NCBI GenBank assembly: GCA_050633305.1
Contig: JBOEGF010000018.1
Coordinates: forward strand, 608,001-672,000
DNA from: Nannocystales bacterium
Lineage (GTDB): Bacteria > Myxococcota_A > Polyangia > Nannocystales > Nannocystaceae
DNA: 64,000 nucleotides
Direction: 5' to 3'
This document shows positions 48,741 to 58,647 of the stretch, piece after piece. How positions within the stretch are numbered: the first letter of the stretch is position 1; each line of letters opens with the position of its first letter. Position numbers and translations under genes: made by a program. The notes below the pieces were generated by a model. The model saw only the letters and a program-made list of their open reading frames with translations, ran no database searches and was not told the DNA's origin.

Positions 48741-49002
48741 GCGCTTCACCTTGGGCCGTCGTCCGATCCTGGCTATCGGGATCGTCTGCGGCCTGATCGC
48801 CGCGGTGTTTCAGGGGTGGGCGCTGCACTTGTGGTTGGGCACGGGGTTTTGGTTTTGGATGCTGCTGTTTCCCGTCTGTGCGGGGGCACTGCAGATGGTG
48901 GCCGGCACGGTCGCCCTGACGCTGCACAAGCAGTACGGCGACCCGAACGAGGAACTGCTGCCTGGGCTTCGTGAAGTGGTCGCAACCCTGAAAAAGCGGT
49001 AG
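48733..49002 (+). CDS. Small membrane protein
   Basis: 89 aa with two to three hydrophobic segments; overlaps the upstream stop by 8 nt. Confidence 0.6.
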   Translation: MTKRFTLGRRPILAIGIVCGLIAAVFQGWALHLWLGTGFWFWMLLFPVCAGALQMVAGTVALTLHKQYGDPNEELLPGLREVVATLKKR

Positions 49003-49026
49003 CCCTCGCGGAGGTCTCGGGTTCGG

Positions 49027-49797
49027 CTACGGGGTGTATCGCCCCCCAAGGTAGGTCGCGGCGGTGGTGTGGGTGGCGTTGAACACCCCGATCCGTTGCA
49101 GGATCTGCGGGTTCGCGTCGCGGAAGCGCTGACCCTGACCCGGCTCCTGGTAGTAGAGGATATCGATCGTGTCGGGCCGGGAGACACCGAGGGAGGCGGT
49201 CGGGGTGAAGCGCCCGTCCGGCACCCACGTGTCCTCGAGCTCGGCGGCATCGGTCGAGAGCGCCACAAGGTCGGTCTCCCGTGCTGCCGGGTTGATGTTG
49301 TTGAAGTAGCTGACCTTCAGGACGGACTCCGCGTTGCTGGGAGGCACCCGCGGCGAGGCCTCCGCAAGCGTACCCTCGATGAGCCGCCCCCCGGCGCGTA
49401 CGAATGCATCCACGTGCCCGGCATCCCCGAGTGCGGAGAGTACGGGTTGGGAGCATCGGTAAAGCCTCCATTGCTTGGTGTCCTCCCAGCCACGGCTGCC
49501 TTGCGCACCACCCACCGCCGAGGTGCGGTAGAGCTGGCAGTCGGTGGAGTCGAGGAGCGGCTCGGCCTGAGACCACAGTCCGCTCGACTCCGCGGTCTCG
49601 GTCGCAAGCAAGGCGTGGACGACGGGAGTCGCGCCGGCCCCATCCTCCAAAGAGTGTGTTGGTGTGCCCTCACCGCTCGGTCTGTTCGGTGCCGCACGGT
49701 CGGGCCCTGCCGTGGCGCACCCGGCAACGAGCGCCATCCCAAGAAGGTTGAAGCCCAGCCGCGACCGGCTCGAATCGTCGTACTCAGATCGAATCAC
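49027..49797 (-). CDS. Hypothetical lipoprotein divergent from LysR
   Basis: LVAG-C lipobox; start GTG 49797 is uncertain (ATG 49737 is an alternative). Confidence 0.6.
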   Translation of the reverse strand: MIRSEYDDSSRSRLGFNLLGMALVAGCATAGPDRAAPNRPSGEGTPTHSLEDGAGATPVVHALLATETAESSGLWSQAEPLLDSTDCQLYRTSAVGGAQGSRGWEDTKQWRLYRCSQPVLSALGDAGHVDAFVRAGGRLIEGTLAEASPRVPPSNAESVLKVSYFNNINPAARETDLVALSTDAAELEDTWVPDGRFTPTASLGVSRPDTIDILYYQEPGQGQRFRDANPQILQRIGVFNATHTTAATYLGGRYTP

Positions 49798-49890
49798 CCG
49801 CTCAACGTGGTGCGTGATGCGTGGACTGTAAACTGACCAAATCTGAGACGGCATGGATGAAAAATGTTCCACTTCCCGTAGGCTGTTGGG

Positions 49891-50760
49891 ATGCTGGATT
49901 GGGACGACATCCGCGTGTTTCTCGCCATCGAGCGCTCGGGAACCATCCGCGGCGCTGCCCGGGCGCTTGGGGTCACCCATGCGACCGTGGGCAGACGGAT
50001 CGCCAAGCTCGAGGACGAACTCGAGACGCAGCTTTTTGAGCGCCTCCCCCACGGGTTACGTCCTACGCCCGCGGCCGCAGCGATCAACGAGACGGCGCAG
50101 GAGATCGACGCGATGATCGCCCGCCTCGCACGTGAGGCTTTCGCCCTCGACCAACAACCCGCGGGCAAGGTTCGCGTTTCCATGCCTGAGTCGATAGCGG
50201 CTCGTTTCGTGACCGCGCGGCTTCCCGAGTTCTGCGAACGGTTTCCCCAGGTCGAGCTGGAGCTCTCGTTGACCAACGCGTTGCTGAGCCTGACGCATCG
50301 TGAGGCCGACATCGCGATCCGTCTCAGCGCCAAGCCTCCCCAAGATGTCATCGCCCGGAAGCTCGCCGAAAGTCCGTTGTGCGTGTTCGCTGCGGGCTCG
50401 TACCTCGAGCGCCCGACGGCCCGGGAGCGATGGGTGAAGCTGGACTACGAACCCGCCGCTGCGCTGGCTCCTGACGCGATACCTTCGGTGACGATTCATG
50501 GGTTGCTCGCGATGCAGCAGGCGCTGGAGAGCGGTGTCGGCAAGGGTGTCTTGCCGTGTTTCTTGGGGGACTCCTCGGAGCTTCTGCGCCGAGTCCCCGG
50601 TGCCCAACCAGTACCGGACCTCGATCTGTGGATGCTGATCCATCCCGACGTTCGGCGAGTTCGCCGGGTGCGGGAGGTGTCCGCTTTTTTGACCGATATC
50701 TTCGCCGCGCAACGTGATGTGATCGAGGGTCGCCGGCCGAGAGGGCGGAGCTCGCGCTAG
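49891..50760 (+). CDS. LysR family transcriptional regulator
   Basis: LDWDDIRVF, THATVGRRI, LFER, READIAIR, LPCFLG. Confidence 0.93.
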   Translation: MLDWDDIRVFLAIERSGTIRGAARALGVTHATVGRRIAKLEDELETQLFERLPHGLRPTPAAAAINETAQEIDAMIARLAREAFALDQQPAGKVRVSMPESIAARFVTARLPEFCERFPQVELELSLTNALLSLTHREADIAIRLSAKPPQDVIARKLAESPLCVFAAGSYLERPTARERWVKLDYEPAAALAPDAIPSVTIHGLLAMQQALESGVGKGVLPCFLGDSSELLRRVPGAQPVPDLDLWMLIHPDVRRVRRVREVSAFLTDIFAAQRDVIEGRRPRGRSSR

Positions 50761-52589
50761 CTGCTCACGTCCTGGGGCCAGACCGCGCTCGCCCAGGTTT
50801 TCGCGGAAGGGTCGCTGCTGGGCAAGGGCCAGGAGATCGACACGCCGGTCTTGGCGGCTTTGTAGACGAGCAGCTCGTACAGAGCACGGTCCTGCTCGGA
50901 GAGGTAGACCGGGGCCGACTGCAGCGCCCATTCGACTCGCGCTCGGACCATGTCCCATTCGCCCTCGGCGGCGAGCACCAGGGCATCGGCCAGCCGAGTT
51001 GCGAACGGGGCGTTGCCCCACGCGGTGCGGCTTTGCGCCGTGTCCCACTCGTTTCCACGCTCGGGGAGCACGGACATGAGTCGGCGGGCATCCGCGAGGT
51101 GCCCGGTCAGCGTGGCGACGCGGACCAGCGCACTCCCGGCCCCGTACATGGATTCGTCGTGCTGAAGTCGGCCCGAGAACCCCTCGAACCACCACGCGAC
51201 GTGCTGCCACGCCTCGTCATGTTCGAGTCGTTGCAGTGCTTCGTGTGCCTGCGCGACCGCGACGTAGACGACCATCGTGCCCTCGGGGATCGGCAACAGT
51301 TTGCGGTACCCGCTGGTCCGCGCCACCGGTCCGGGCGGTCCCGACGCGCACTCCACCAGCCACGGCTCTGGCGGGGCGGGCAAAAGCGACGCCAGCGGTG
51401 CGATTCGGTGTGCGCGTCGAAGTGTTTGCGTTCGTCGGGAGCCCCAGATCGCGGCGATCGGCGTCCCGAAGTAGATGCTCATGAACACACCGACCAGGGC
51501 GCCGACAGCAACAGAGCCGCCGGCGAGGCCCAGGGCCGAGCAAACCATGAGAATCCCGGTGTAGGTCGCCCCGAACGTGGCTGGCGCTTCGGACGTCGGT
51601 GCGATGGCATCGTTCTGCTTGGCCAACGCCACGACCGCTTTGGGTGCGGCCACGGCCAGCGTCCGTGTCATCGCGACAGGTTCCTCGAGGCTCGCCTCGC
51701 GGTAGCCGCTCGCGTCGAGGAGTTGCATGCGAGGGAAGAGCTGCCGCAACACGTCCCGGAAGTGGTCGCCCCGGTCGCCATCGAGTCGTTCGTGCAGGGC
51801 GTCGAGGAGATGGTGCAGACGCTCCGAGGCGACGCCGAGCCCGATGATGTGAAGGGTCGGGAATCGTTGTTGGAGATCGGTGCCTCGGCTGTCACGCCAC
51901 GATTGAGCCAGAGCGCCTTCGTCGGGCTCGGCGGCGCGCTCGAGCACGCGAAGCAGGGCCAACAGAGCACGGCCGTCCTCGTCGATGTCCTTCTCGTTGA
52001 AAGCGTCGCTGGGGGCAACGCCGGACTCCGCAAAGCTTCCCGGAGACAGCCACGCCAAGATGGAACGCAGCAGTTCGCCACGCAGCCCAACCTCCCAGTT
52101 GCGGCGACGACGGGCCTTGTCGATGTCTTGCTCTTGGATCGAGAGTGTGTCGATGGCACCCCGGACGTCACCTTGTTCGACCCGGTGCAAGGCGACAAGA
52201 GCCGCCGCTTCGAGGCGAACTTCGGGCAGAGCGCCGGACTGCGCCACCGTTTCGAGTGCAGCAAGACCTTGCGCCGTGTCGCGGAGGTAGGATGCTCGTG
52301 CCGCGGCGAGGCTGGCCTTGCCACGGTTTGTCAGGCGGTGGTTCGCGAAGGCGATCGTCAGTGGGACCGTGAACATCCCCGCGACGGCCGCACCGAGTCC
52401 CCCGGTTCCGAAGACAAGGGCGAGCAGAGCGCTGCTGCCGAGCGCCCCCGCGATCGGAGCACCAAAAAGCACCGTTGCGAGCTCGGGACCCGCGTGTCCT
52501 TCGGGGTAGAACTCCGGCGCGCGGCGCAAGGCGTCCGGGCTTCGGCGGGCCAGGGCGGTTGTCGCCTGCGGGACGGGGGGGTCCGTCAT
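50757..52589 (-). CDS. Hypothetical membrane protein with two TM-hairpin plus helical modules
   Basis: Two hydrophobic hairpins (LFGAPIAGALGS, YFGTPIAAIWGS), each followed by a TPR-like helical region; ATG 52589. Confidence 0.65.
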   Translation of the reverse strand: MTDPPVPQATTALARRSPDALRRAPEFYPEGHAGPELATVLFGAPIAGALGSSALLALVFGTGGLGAAVAGMFTVPLTIAFANHRLTNRGKASLAAARASYLRDTAQGLAALETVAQSGALPEVRLEAAALVALHRVEQGDVRGAIDTLSIQEQDIDKARRRRNWEVGLRGELLRSILAWLSPGSFAESGVAPSDAFNEKDIDEDGRALLALLRVLERAAEPDEGALAQSWRDSRGTDLQQRFPTLHIIGLGVASERLHHLLDALHERLDGDRGDHFRDVLRQLFPRMQLLDASGYREASLEEPVAMTRTLAVAAPKAVVALAKQNDAIAPTSEAPATFGATYTGILMVCSALGLAGGSVAVGALVGVFMSIYFGTPIAAIWGSRRTQTLRRAHRIAPLASLLPAPPEPWLVECASGPPGPVARTSGYRKLLPIPEGTMVVYVAVAQAHEALQRLEHDEAWQHVAWWFEGFSGRLQHDESMYGAGSALVRVATLTGHLADARRLMSVLPERGNEWDTAQSRTAWGNAPFATRLADALVLAAEGEWDMVRARVEWALQSAPVYLSEQDRALYELLVYKAAKTGVSISWPLPSSDPSAKTWASAVWPQDVSS

Positions 52590-52634
52590 TCCGCGGATGA
52601 TATCGACAGTCGATGGGCTGGCAACGGCCAATTG

Positions 52635-52670
52635 AAAAAGGCGAGGGCCCCGGAGGGACGCCTCGCCTTT
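52635..52670 (-). terminator. Rho-independent terminator
   Basis: Stem AAAGGCGAGG...CCTCGCCTTT followed by a U-tract on the minus strand, about 20 nt after the DUF5684 stop. Confidence 0.8.
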
Positions 52671-52689
52671 CGGCCGAGTACGAGGGACG

Positions 52690-53028
52690 CTAGGCGTGCT
52701 GGTTGTACTGGGCGTCCCCGAATCCGAGGATCGGGACGAAGATGAAGGACAGGAAGGCCATTCCTACGCCGAAACCTGTGCTCTTTCCGAACTTCTCGGC
52801 GATCGCGATGTTGACCAGGATGGCGGCGATGAAGTTGGCGACCGGGATGAAGAAGAGGACCAGCCACCAAGTCGGCTTGTTGGCAATCTGCAGCATCACG
52901 TACACGTTGTAGAACGGCACGAGACAGGCCCAACCGGGCTGCCCTGCTTTGGCGAAGACCTTCCAGAAACCCGCGACGACGACGATGACGATAGCGAGTT
53001 GAACCAGCGCAGCGATGAGATCACCCAT
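52690..53028 (-). CDS. DUF5684 family small membrane protein
   Basis: WKVFAKAGQPGWACLVPFYN, FGKSTGF, ILGFGDAQY. Confidence 0.85.
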   Translation of the reverse strand: MGDLIAALVQLAIVIVVVAGFWKVFAKAGQPGWACLVPFYNVYVMLQIANKPTWWLVLFFIPVANFIAAILVNIAIAEKFGKSTGFGVGMAFLSFIFVPILGFGDAQYNQHA

Positions 53029-53241
53029 GACGCCGCGAGCGTATCACTCGGCGCCAAGAGCGGACCACCGAATGCCGCTCCGGCTGGTCAGCCGGAAGGG
53101 TGGTGTTCCCGAGGGACATGTACGGTCCGGAACACGACCTTTGGACCCAGGGAAGCGGCTCTTCCGCGCCGCGCGAAAATGAGCGGGCAGGGCCGGTACC
53201 GCGCGGCTTCGGTACGTCGCGCCCTGGGAAAACCGAAAGGC

Positions 53242-53733
53242 TCACCGGCCAAAGAGTCGTCGAGCCGGGTCGGTCGCCCGGAACCGGTGGGTCACCGAGC
53301 TCTTGCCTCGACGGACCTGGACTCGGTTGACCTGAGCGGGCGTCAGCTCGAAGAACACGGCGTTGCGCAGGGTGACCTCGCGGGGCGCCTTGGGCAGTTT
53401 GAACTCGAAGAACAGGTGTGCGGCTTCGTCGGTCACTTCGCACCCGATCCAGTTCAGCGGCAGGGGGCCGCTGCCATCGGCGAGGATGAACCGTTCCTCG
53501 ACGTACGCTTGCGCGAGTGCGTCGATGTTGGCATCGGTGTCGATGTCGAGCGCGCGGCCGGACTCTCGGCGCAAGGCTTCTTGCAGGTCCTCGGGCGCGA
53601 CGGTGAGCGTGACCTCCAATCGTCGCCCTCGAATGTCGGCCACCGCGGCGCTGGCGTGCACGGGGTGCGCGTGGGCGAGCTGCGGGAGCGCGAGCAGACC
53701 GATGGCCCCGGCGATCCAGGAGCGGCGGTTCAT
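53242..53733 (-). CDS. DUF6702-like exported protein
   Basis: Signal ending AHA, then HPVHAS; QVNRV; ATGA-coupled to the M1 peptidase. Confidence 0.7.
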   Translation of the reverse strand: MNRRSWIAGAIGLLALPQLAHAHPVHASAAVADIRGRRLEVTLTVAPEDLQEALRRESGRALDIDTDANIDALAQAYVEERFILADGSGPLPLNWIGCEVTDEAAHLFFEFKLPKAPREVTLRNAVFFELTPAQVNRVQVRRGKSSVTHRFRATDPARRLFGR

Positions 53734-56138
53734 TCGGCCCCCTGCGCGGCGGCATCATCGGCTTCGTCCGGCGTGTCCGCTTTCGGCGGCCCTTCGCCCA
53801 TGCCTGCCTCCTGCATGGGGTTCTTCTTCTTACGTTCCTTGTACAGCTGGAACCGAGTCTTTTGGACCACGGGAGGCCACGCGTTGTTGGAGAGGTCGGT
53901 ATCCGCCGTCTCCAGGTGTGGGTCGAGCGTGATGGAGACGATTGGGTCGTCGACGATGAGGAGCTTGCGGACGCGCTTGGCGTCCTTCCGCCAGACCTCG
54001 GCGGGAATCCGGACCTCCTGGTGGCGCCCGTTCTCAAAGGAGACATCGAGAATGATCGGCATCACCAGCCCGCCGACGTTCTCAAACTCTACGGAGTAGA
54101 ACCGCTTGTTCGACGCCCGCAGGGCGGCTTCGTCCCCCTCAAGGCCGCTGCGCTGCTTCCTCCAGCGCTTGCGCTCGGTGTCGGTGACGTCGAGTTCGTC
54201 GTAGTCGTTGTAGAAGTCGTTGATGTCCTTGTCGGAGTCGGCCCAGGTTGGAAGTTCGGCATCCTCGCGCTTGGACAGCGACTGGGGCTGGGCATCCCGC
54301 TCGGCTTTGAGCTTGGGTTTGTCCACGTCGGGGTCCCCGGTCTCGAGCACGTTCTCGGTGATGCCCACGATGCCGAGGTCCACGTGGTCGGTCGTGTAGA
54401 ACCACCCGCGCCAGAACCAGTCGAGGTCGACTGCCGAGGCGTCTTCCATCGTCCGGAAGAAGTCTGCGGGCATCGGACGGCGAAACTTCCAGCGCTTGGC
54501 GTATTGGGAGAAGGCGTGGTCGAAGAGTTCGCGTCCCATCACCGTCTCGCGCAGCACGTTGAGGGCGGTCGCGGTCTTGGCGTAGGCGTTGTTGCCAAAC
54601 TGCAGCAGCGACTCCGAGTTGGTCATGATCGGGACCTGGTTGTCGCTGCGCATGTACTCGGTGATCTTGCTCGGCTCCCCGCGGCGTGAGGGATAGTTCG
54701 GCTCCCACTCTTGCTCGGTCCGATACTGCAGGAAGGTGTTGAGCCCTTCGTCCATCCATGTCCACTGCCGCTCGTCGCTGTTGACGATCATCGGGAAGAA
54801 GTTGTGGCCGACCTCGTGGATGATCACGGAGATGAGGCCGTACTTGGTGCGCTTGCTGTAGGTGCCATCCTTCTCCGGGCGCGGGCCGTTGAAGCAAATC
54901 ATCGGGTACTCCATGCCGCCGACCGGACCGTTGACCGAGATGGCGGTGGGGTAGGGGTACTCGAACGCGTAGCGGCCGTAGACGTCGAGGGTGTGGATGA
55001 TCGACTTGGTCGAGTACTTGCTCCACAGCGGCTCGCCCTCATTGGGGTAGTAGGACATCGCCCAGACCGGCTCTCCGGCGACGTCGACTTGCTGCGCATC
55101 CCAGATGAACTTCTTGGAGCTGGCAAACGCAAAATCCCGGACGTTCTTGGCCTTGAACCGCCAGGTCTTGGTGCTTTGTGTCTTGCCGGTTTGCGCTTCC
55201 TTCGCTTCCTCGGGGGTGATGATGAAGACGGGGGCCTTGGCCGTTTCGGCGTCCTCGAGTCGGTCGCGTTGCTCGGTCGTGAGGACGTCGCGCGGGTTGG
55301 CCAGGACACCGGTCGCGGCGACGACGTGGTCGGCGGGGACAGTGATCTCGACGTCGTAGTCGCCGAACTCGAGCGTGAACTCGCCGGCGCCAAGATATTG
55401 CTTGTTTTGCCAGCCGGCGACATCGTTGTAGGCGGCCAGGCGAGGGAACCACTGCGCGACCTCGTAGATGATCGTCCCGTCGTCGAACCGCTCGTATCCC
55501 GTGCGCCCGGGGATCTTGGCGGTGTCGTTGATCGCGTAGGACCAGTCGATGTCGAACACGAAAGACTTGCCGGACTTGAGGTCCTTGGGCAGGTCGATGC
55601 GCATCATCGTGCCCACGACAGTGTAGTCGAGGTCGCGACCCCGCTTGTCGGTGACCTTGCTCAGTTTGACGCTGCCATCAAACGTCAGCCCTTCGAGCAG
55701 GCGTCGAAAGCTCCGATACGACACCCGGTCGAAGCCCGGTGCACTCGCGGCCATCGCTCGGTCGGACGTCGGGCTGTAGATGTTGGCGTCAAGCTGAAGC
55801 CACAGGTACGAAAGGGTATCCGGAGAGTTGTTCTCGTACCGGATGCGTTCGTGTCCTTGAACTTGCTGACGCTCGTCATCGAGTTGGACCTCAATGTCGT
55901 AGTCGACATCTTGTTGCCAGTACTCGTGCCCCGGTGCGCCCGAACCGGTACGCGTGGTGGTCGGCGTCGGCAGGAGTTCTTCGAGCTGCCGAAAAGGGTC
56001 CGCCGTGATCGGATACGGTCCTCCACCGCCCGCGTGGGCTGAGGGGGCGATCAGGACGAGGGCTGCGACGATCCAAAACGGGTCCCTGAGCACGCGCGGA
56101 GCATACGTGACCGTCCGCGGCTTGTGGCTTGGGATCAC
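53730..56138 (-). CDS. M1 family zinc aminopeptidase, exported
   Basis: GGMEYP, HEVGH, WMDEG, NAYAK; signal-like segment; start could be GTG 56093. Confidence 0.93.
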   Translation of the reverse strand: MIPSHKPRTVTYAPRVLRDPFWIVAALVLIAPSAHAGGGGPYPITADPFRQLEELLPTPTTTRTGSGAPGHEYWQQDVDYDIEVQLDDERQQVQGHERIRYENNSPDTLSYLWLQLDANIYSPTSDRAMAASAPGFDRVSYRSFRRLLEGLTFDGSVKLSKVTDKRGRDLDYTVVGTMMRIDLPKDLKSGKSFVFDIDWSYAINDTAKIPGRTGYERFDDGTIIYEVAQWFPRLAAYNDVAGWQNKQYLGAGEFTLEFGDYDVEITVPADHVVAATGVLANPRDVLTTEQRDRLEDAETAKAPVFIITPEEAKEAQTGKTQSTKTWRFKAKNVRDFAFASSKKFIWDAQQVDVAGEPVWAMSYYPNEGEPLWSKYSTKSIIHTLDVYGRYAFEYPYPTAISVNGPVGGMEYPMICFNGPRPEKDGTYSKRTKYGLISVIIHEVGHNFFPMIVNSDERQWTWMDEGLNTFLQYRTEQEWEPNYPSRRGEPSKITEYMRSDNQVPIMTNSESLLQFGNNAYAKTATALNVLRETVMGRELFDHAFSQYAKRWKFRRPMPADFFRTMEDASAVDLDWFWRGWFYTTDHVDLGIVGITENVLETGDPDVDKPKLKAERDAQPQSLSKREDAELPTWADSDKDINDFYNDYDELDVTDTERKRWRKQRSGLEGDEAALRASNKRFYSVEFENVGGLVMPIILDVSFENGRHQEVRIPAEVWRKDAKRVRKLLIVDDPIVSITLDPHLETADTDLSNNAWPPVVQKTRFQLYKERKKKNPMQEAGMGEGPPKADTPDEADDAAAQGAE

Positions 56139-56141
56139 GAA

Positions 56142-57278
56142 CTACGCCGCACTCGAGGGCTGGGATTCGGCGAGTGCCGCCAGGACCGCCTGCTCCTTTT
56201 GCGACGCCAGCCCCGCACGGGGTCGGGAACGTCGGGCTTCGGGCAGGGTCTCCCACCACGCCAACGTATCCGCGATGGTCTCTTGCATCGCTCGGGTCTT
56301 GAGTCCGGCTGCGACGGCTTTGCTGATACTCACCCGCGACATCCCACCGAACTCCGCGTCATCGGGCGGTACCCACACTGTCAGCTCCATCCAAGGGGCG
56401 ACGCCGTGCTTGGTGAGGGATGGAGTGGGGACCCAGTGAAACGCCGCGTCGCTGTTCGTCACGGTCTTGCAAGCGTCCAGCAGTCCACCCATCGTGGTCG
56501 CTTCGGTCGGCCCCGTCACGTTGAAAGTCCCGCTCTGCTCGGTTGCTTGGGTATGCAAGATGAACGCTGCGAGGTCGCGAACATCGATGAACTGGGCGGG
56601 GTCATCGGGACTGTTGGGTGCCACCACGTCTCCTCCGCGCGCAACCCGGGTGGGCCAGTAGGTGAAGCGGTCTGTGGGATCGCCGGGTCCGACAATGAGG
56701 CCTGGCCGTACCACGGTGGCCCGGCCGGGCATCGCAGCTTCAGCTGCGCGTTCGCACCCCGCCTTGAGGGCTCCGTAGTGCTGCGGCATTGCTTCCGAGT
56801 ACGGCTCTGGCATCGGAATCGTGGCGCCACCTTCTTCCACGCCCGGCACGCTGAGGTTGGCGTAGGCGGAGATCGAGGAGACGAAGACGTATCGCTCCGC
56901 TTGCTGGGAGAGCAAACCCGCGCTGGCCTCGACCTGTCGCGGGATCTGTCCGCTGGTATCGAGCACCCAGTCGAACGACCGGCCTTCGAGTGCGCTCAGG
57001 TCACCATTGCGATCGCCGCGGAGTTTTTCGAGTTCGGGGAACAGGTGCGGTCTCGTCTTCCCGCGGTTGAAAAGCGTGACCTCGGCGTTCATCGCCTGGC
57101 ACTGCTCGACCAACGCGGGTCCCAGGAATCCGGTGCCGCCGAGGATCAGAACACGCTTGGGCGCGTCGGGGAGGCTTGACTCGGGCTTCGACGGTGGGGT
57201 CGTCGGGCTCGCGGTTCGACAGCCAGCGAGCATGGCTCCCAGCACCCCCAGGGAAAACTCTCTTCGTCTGATCATCAT
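56142..57278 (-). CDS. Tat-lipoprotein NAD(P)-dependent epimerase/reductase (isoflavone-reductase-like atypical SDR)
   Basis: RRREF Tat motif and LAG-C lipobox; LGGTGFLG, FNRG, YGALK, RPGLIVGP, DVRDLA. Confidence 0.88.
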   Translation of the reverse strand: MMIRRREFSLGVLGAMLAGCRTASPTTPPSKPESSLPDAPKRVLILGGTGFLGPALVEQCQAMNAEVTLFNRGKTRPHLFPELEKLRGDRNGDLSALEGRSFDWVLDTSGQIPRQVEASAGLLSQQAERYVFVSSISAYANLSVPGVEEGGATIPMPEPYSEAMPQHYGALKAGCERAAEAAMPGRATVVRPGLIVGPGDPTDRFTYWPTRVARGGDVVAPNSPDDPAQFIDVRDLAAFILHTQATEQSGTFNVTGPTEATTMGGLLDACKTVTNSDAAFHWVPTPSLTKHGVAPWMELTVWVPPDDAEFGGMSRVSISKAVAAGLKTRAMQETIADTLAWWETLPEARRSRPRAGLASQKEQAVLAALAESQPSSAA

Positions 57279-57369
57279 CCGAATCCGGGCCTCCGACTCG
57301 GGTTGTGCCCCAAGAGTTTCAACGTTTGTCCCGAAACATGATGCGGGACACTGGGGTCACAGGCCCATC

Positions 57370-58638
57370 TTGTCTTGGCCTCGATTGGGGAGGCTGCTCG
57401 ACGTTCGCGGGGACGACGCGCGGCCGTTGGCCTGGTCTGCAACTCAGTTCGGGTTGTTGATGGCGGCCTTGTATGTGGTCCGCCCGCTACGGGATGAGTT
57501 GGGGATCCGCAGCGGCGTCGAGAACATGCAGTGGCTGTTCTCCGGCACGTTCGTCGCGATGCTGCTCATCGTTCCGCTCTACGGACTGGCGGTGTCTCGT
57601 CGTCCTCGTCGGGTCGTCGTCCCGTGGGTGTTCATCTGCATTGCTCTCTCGCTCGTCGCTGCTCGGGTGTTGTCCGGGCAGATGACCGAGATGTACGAGT
57701 CCGTCTTCGCGGCGGTGCTCTTTGTCTGGATCAGTGCGTTCAACCTGTTCGCGGTTTCGGTGTTCTGGTCGCTGGCGGTTGACATCTTCTCTCCCGAGTC
57801 CAGCCGACGTAGCTTCGGGCTCATCTCCGCGGGAGGAACGATCGGCGCGCTGTGTGGCCCGGTTCTCGCGGCAGCTGGAGCGCAGTGGCTCGTCCCGGAT
57901 GACCTCTTGCTGCTGTGCGCCGGGCTTCTGCTGTGCGTGGCAATGGCGGGGCGGGGAGTCGAGTCTTCGACGCGGGGGGTGCAGGATGGGGGGACCGAGG
58001 GGGGGCTGGGTGGTGGCGTTGTGGAAGGTTTCGCGTTGCTGGCGACGCAACCCCGTCTGCGGGCTCTGTGCGGCTACCTGCTGTGCATGACGTGGGTCTC
58101 GACCGTGCTGTACTTCGAGCAGTCTCGGGTCGTTGCCGCCGCGAGCCTCGACTCCGCGGAGCGAACCACGATCTTCGCGGGCCTTGATCTGGCGGTCAAC
58201 GCTTCGGCCATCTGCATTCAGATGCTCTTCACCGGCCGGGTTCTCGGCCGGCTGGGCCTGGGGGTGGTCTTGGTCGCGCTGCCCGTGGTCTCGGGGGCCG
58301 CGCTGGTTGGGATCTCCCTCGTGCCGACACTGACGGTCGTGCTCGTCGCCCAAGCCGTGCGTCGCGCGACGAACTTCGCCCTCGCCCGACCCGCGAGGGA
58401 GGTTCTGTACACGGGTGTGGACCGAGTCTCGCGGTTCAAGGGCAAGAACGTGGTGGACACGGTGGTCTACCGAGGCGGCGACATGATTGCGGGGTGGGCC
58501 TTTGCGGGGCTCGAGTTCGCCGGCCTGGGCTTGGGCGCGATCGCGTGGCTGGCCACCCCGGTGGTCGGAATCTGGGCGTGGTTGGGTGTTCGCCTGGGGC
58601 GCGCTTCCGAGTCGCACGAGGGCAGCCAAAGACTGTAG
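57370..58638 (+). CDS. NTP/NDP exchange transporter-like (TLC/NTT, AAA family) MFS protein
   Basis: RPLRDE, VSVFWS, RPAREVLY, KNVVDTVVYRGGD motifs; about 12 hydrophobic segments; start uncertain (TTG 57370). Confidence 0.85.
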   Translation: MSWPRLGRLLDVRGDDARPLAWSATQFGLLMAALYVVRPLRDELGIRSGVENMQWLFSGTFVAMLLIVPLYGLAVSRRPRRVVVPWVFICIALSLVAARVLSGQMTEMYESVFAAVLFVWISAFNLFAVSVFWSLAVDIFSPESSRRSFGLISAGGTIGALCGPVLAAAGAQWLVPDDLLLLCAGLLLCVAMAGRGVESSTRGVQDGGTEGGLGGGVVEGFALLATQPRLRALCGYLLCMTWVSTVLYFEQSRVVAAASLDSAERTTIFAGLDLAVNASAICIQMLFTGRVLGRLGLGVVLVALPVVSGAALVGISLVPTLTVVLVAQAVRRATNFALARPAREVLYTGVDRVSRFKGKNVVDTVVYRGGDMIAGWAFAGLEFAGLGLGAIAWLATPVVGIWAWLGVRLGRASESHEGSQRL

Positions 58639-58647
58639 CCTCCGCCC

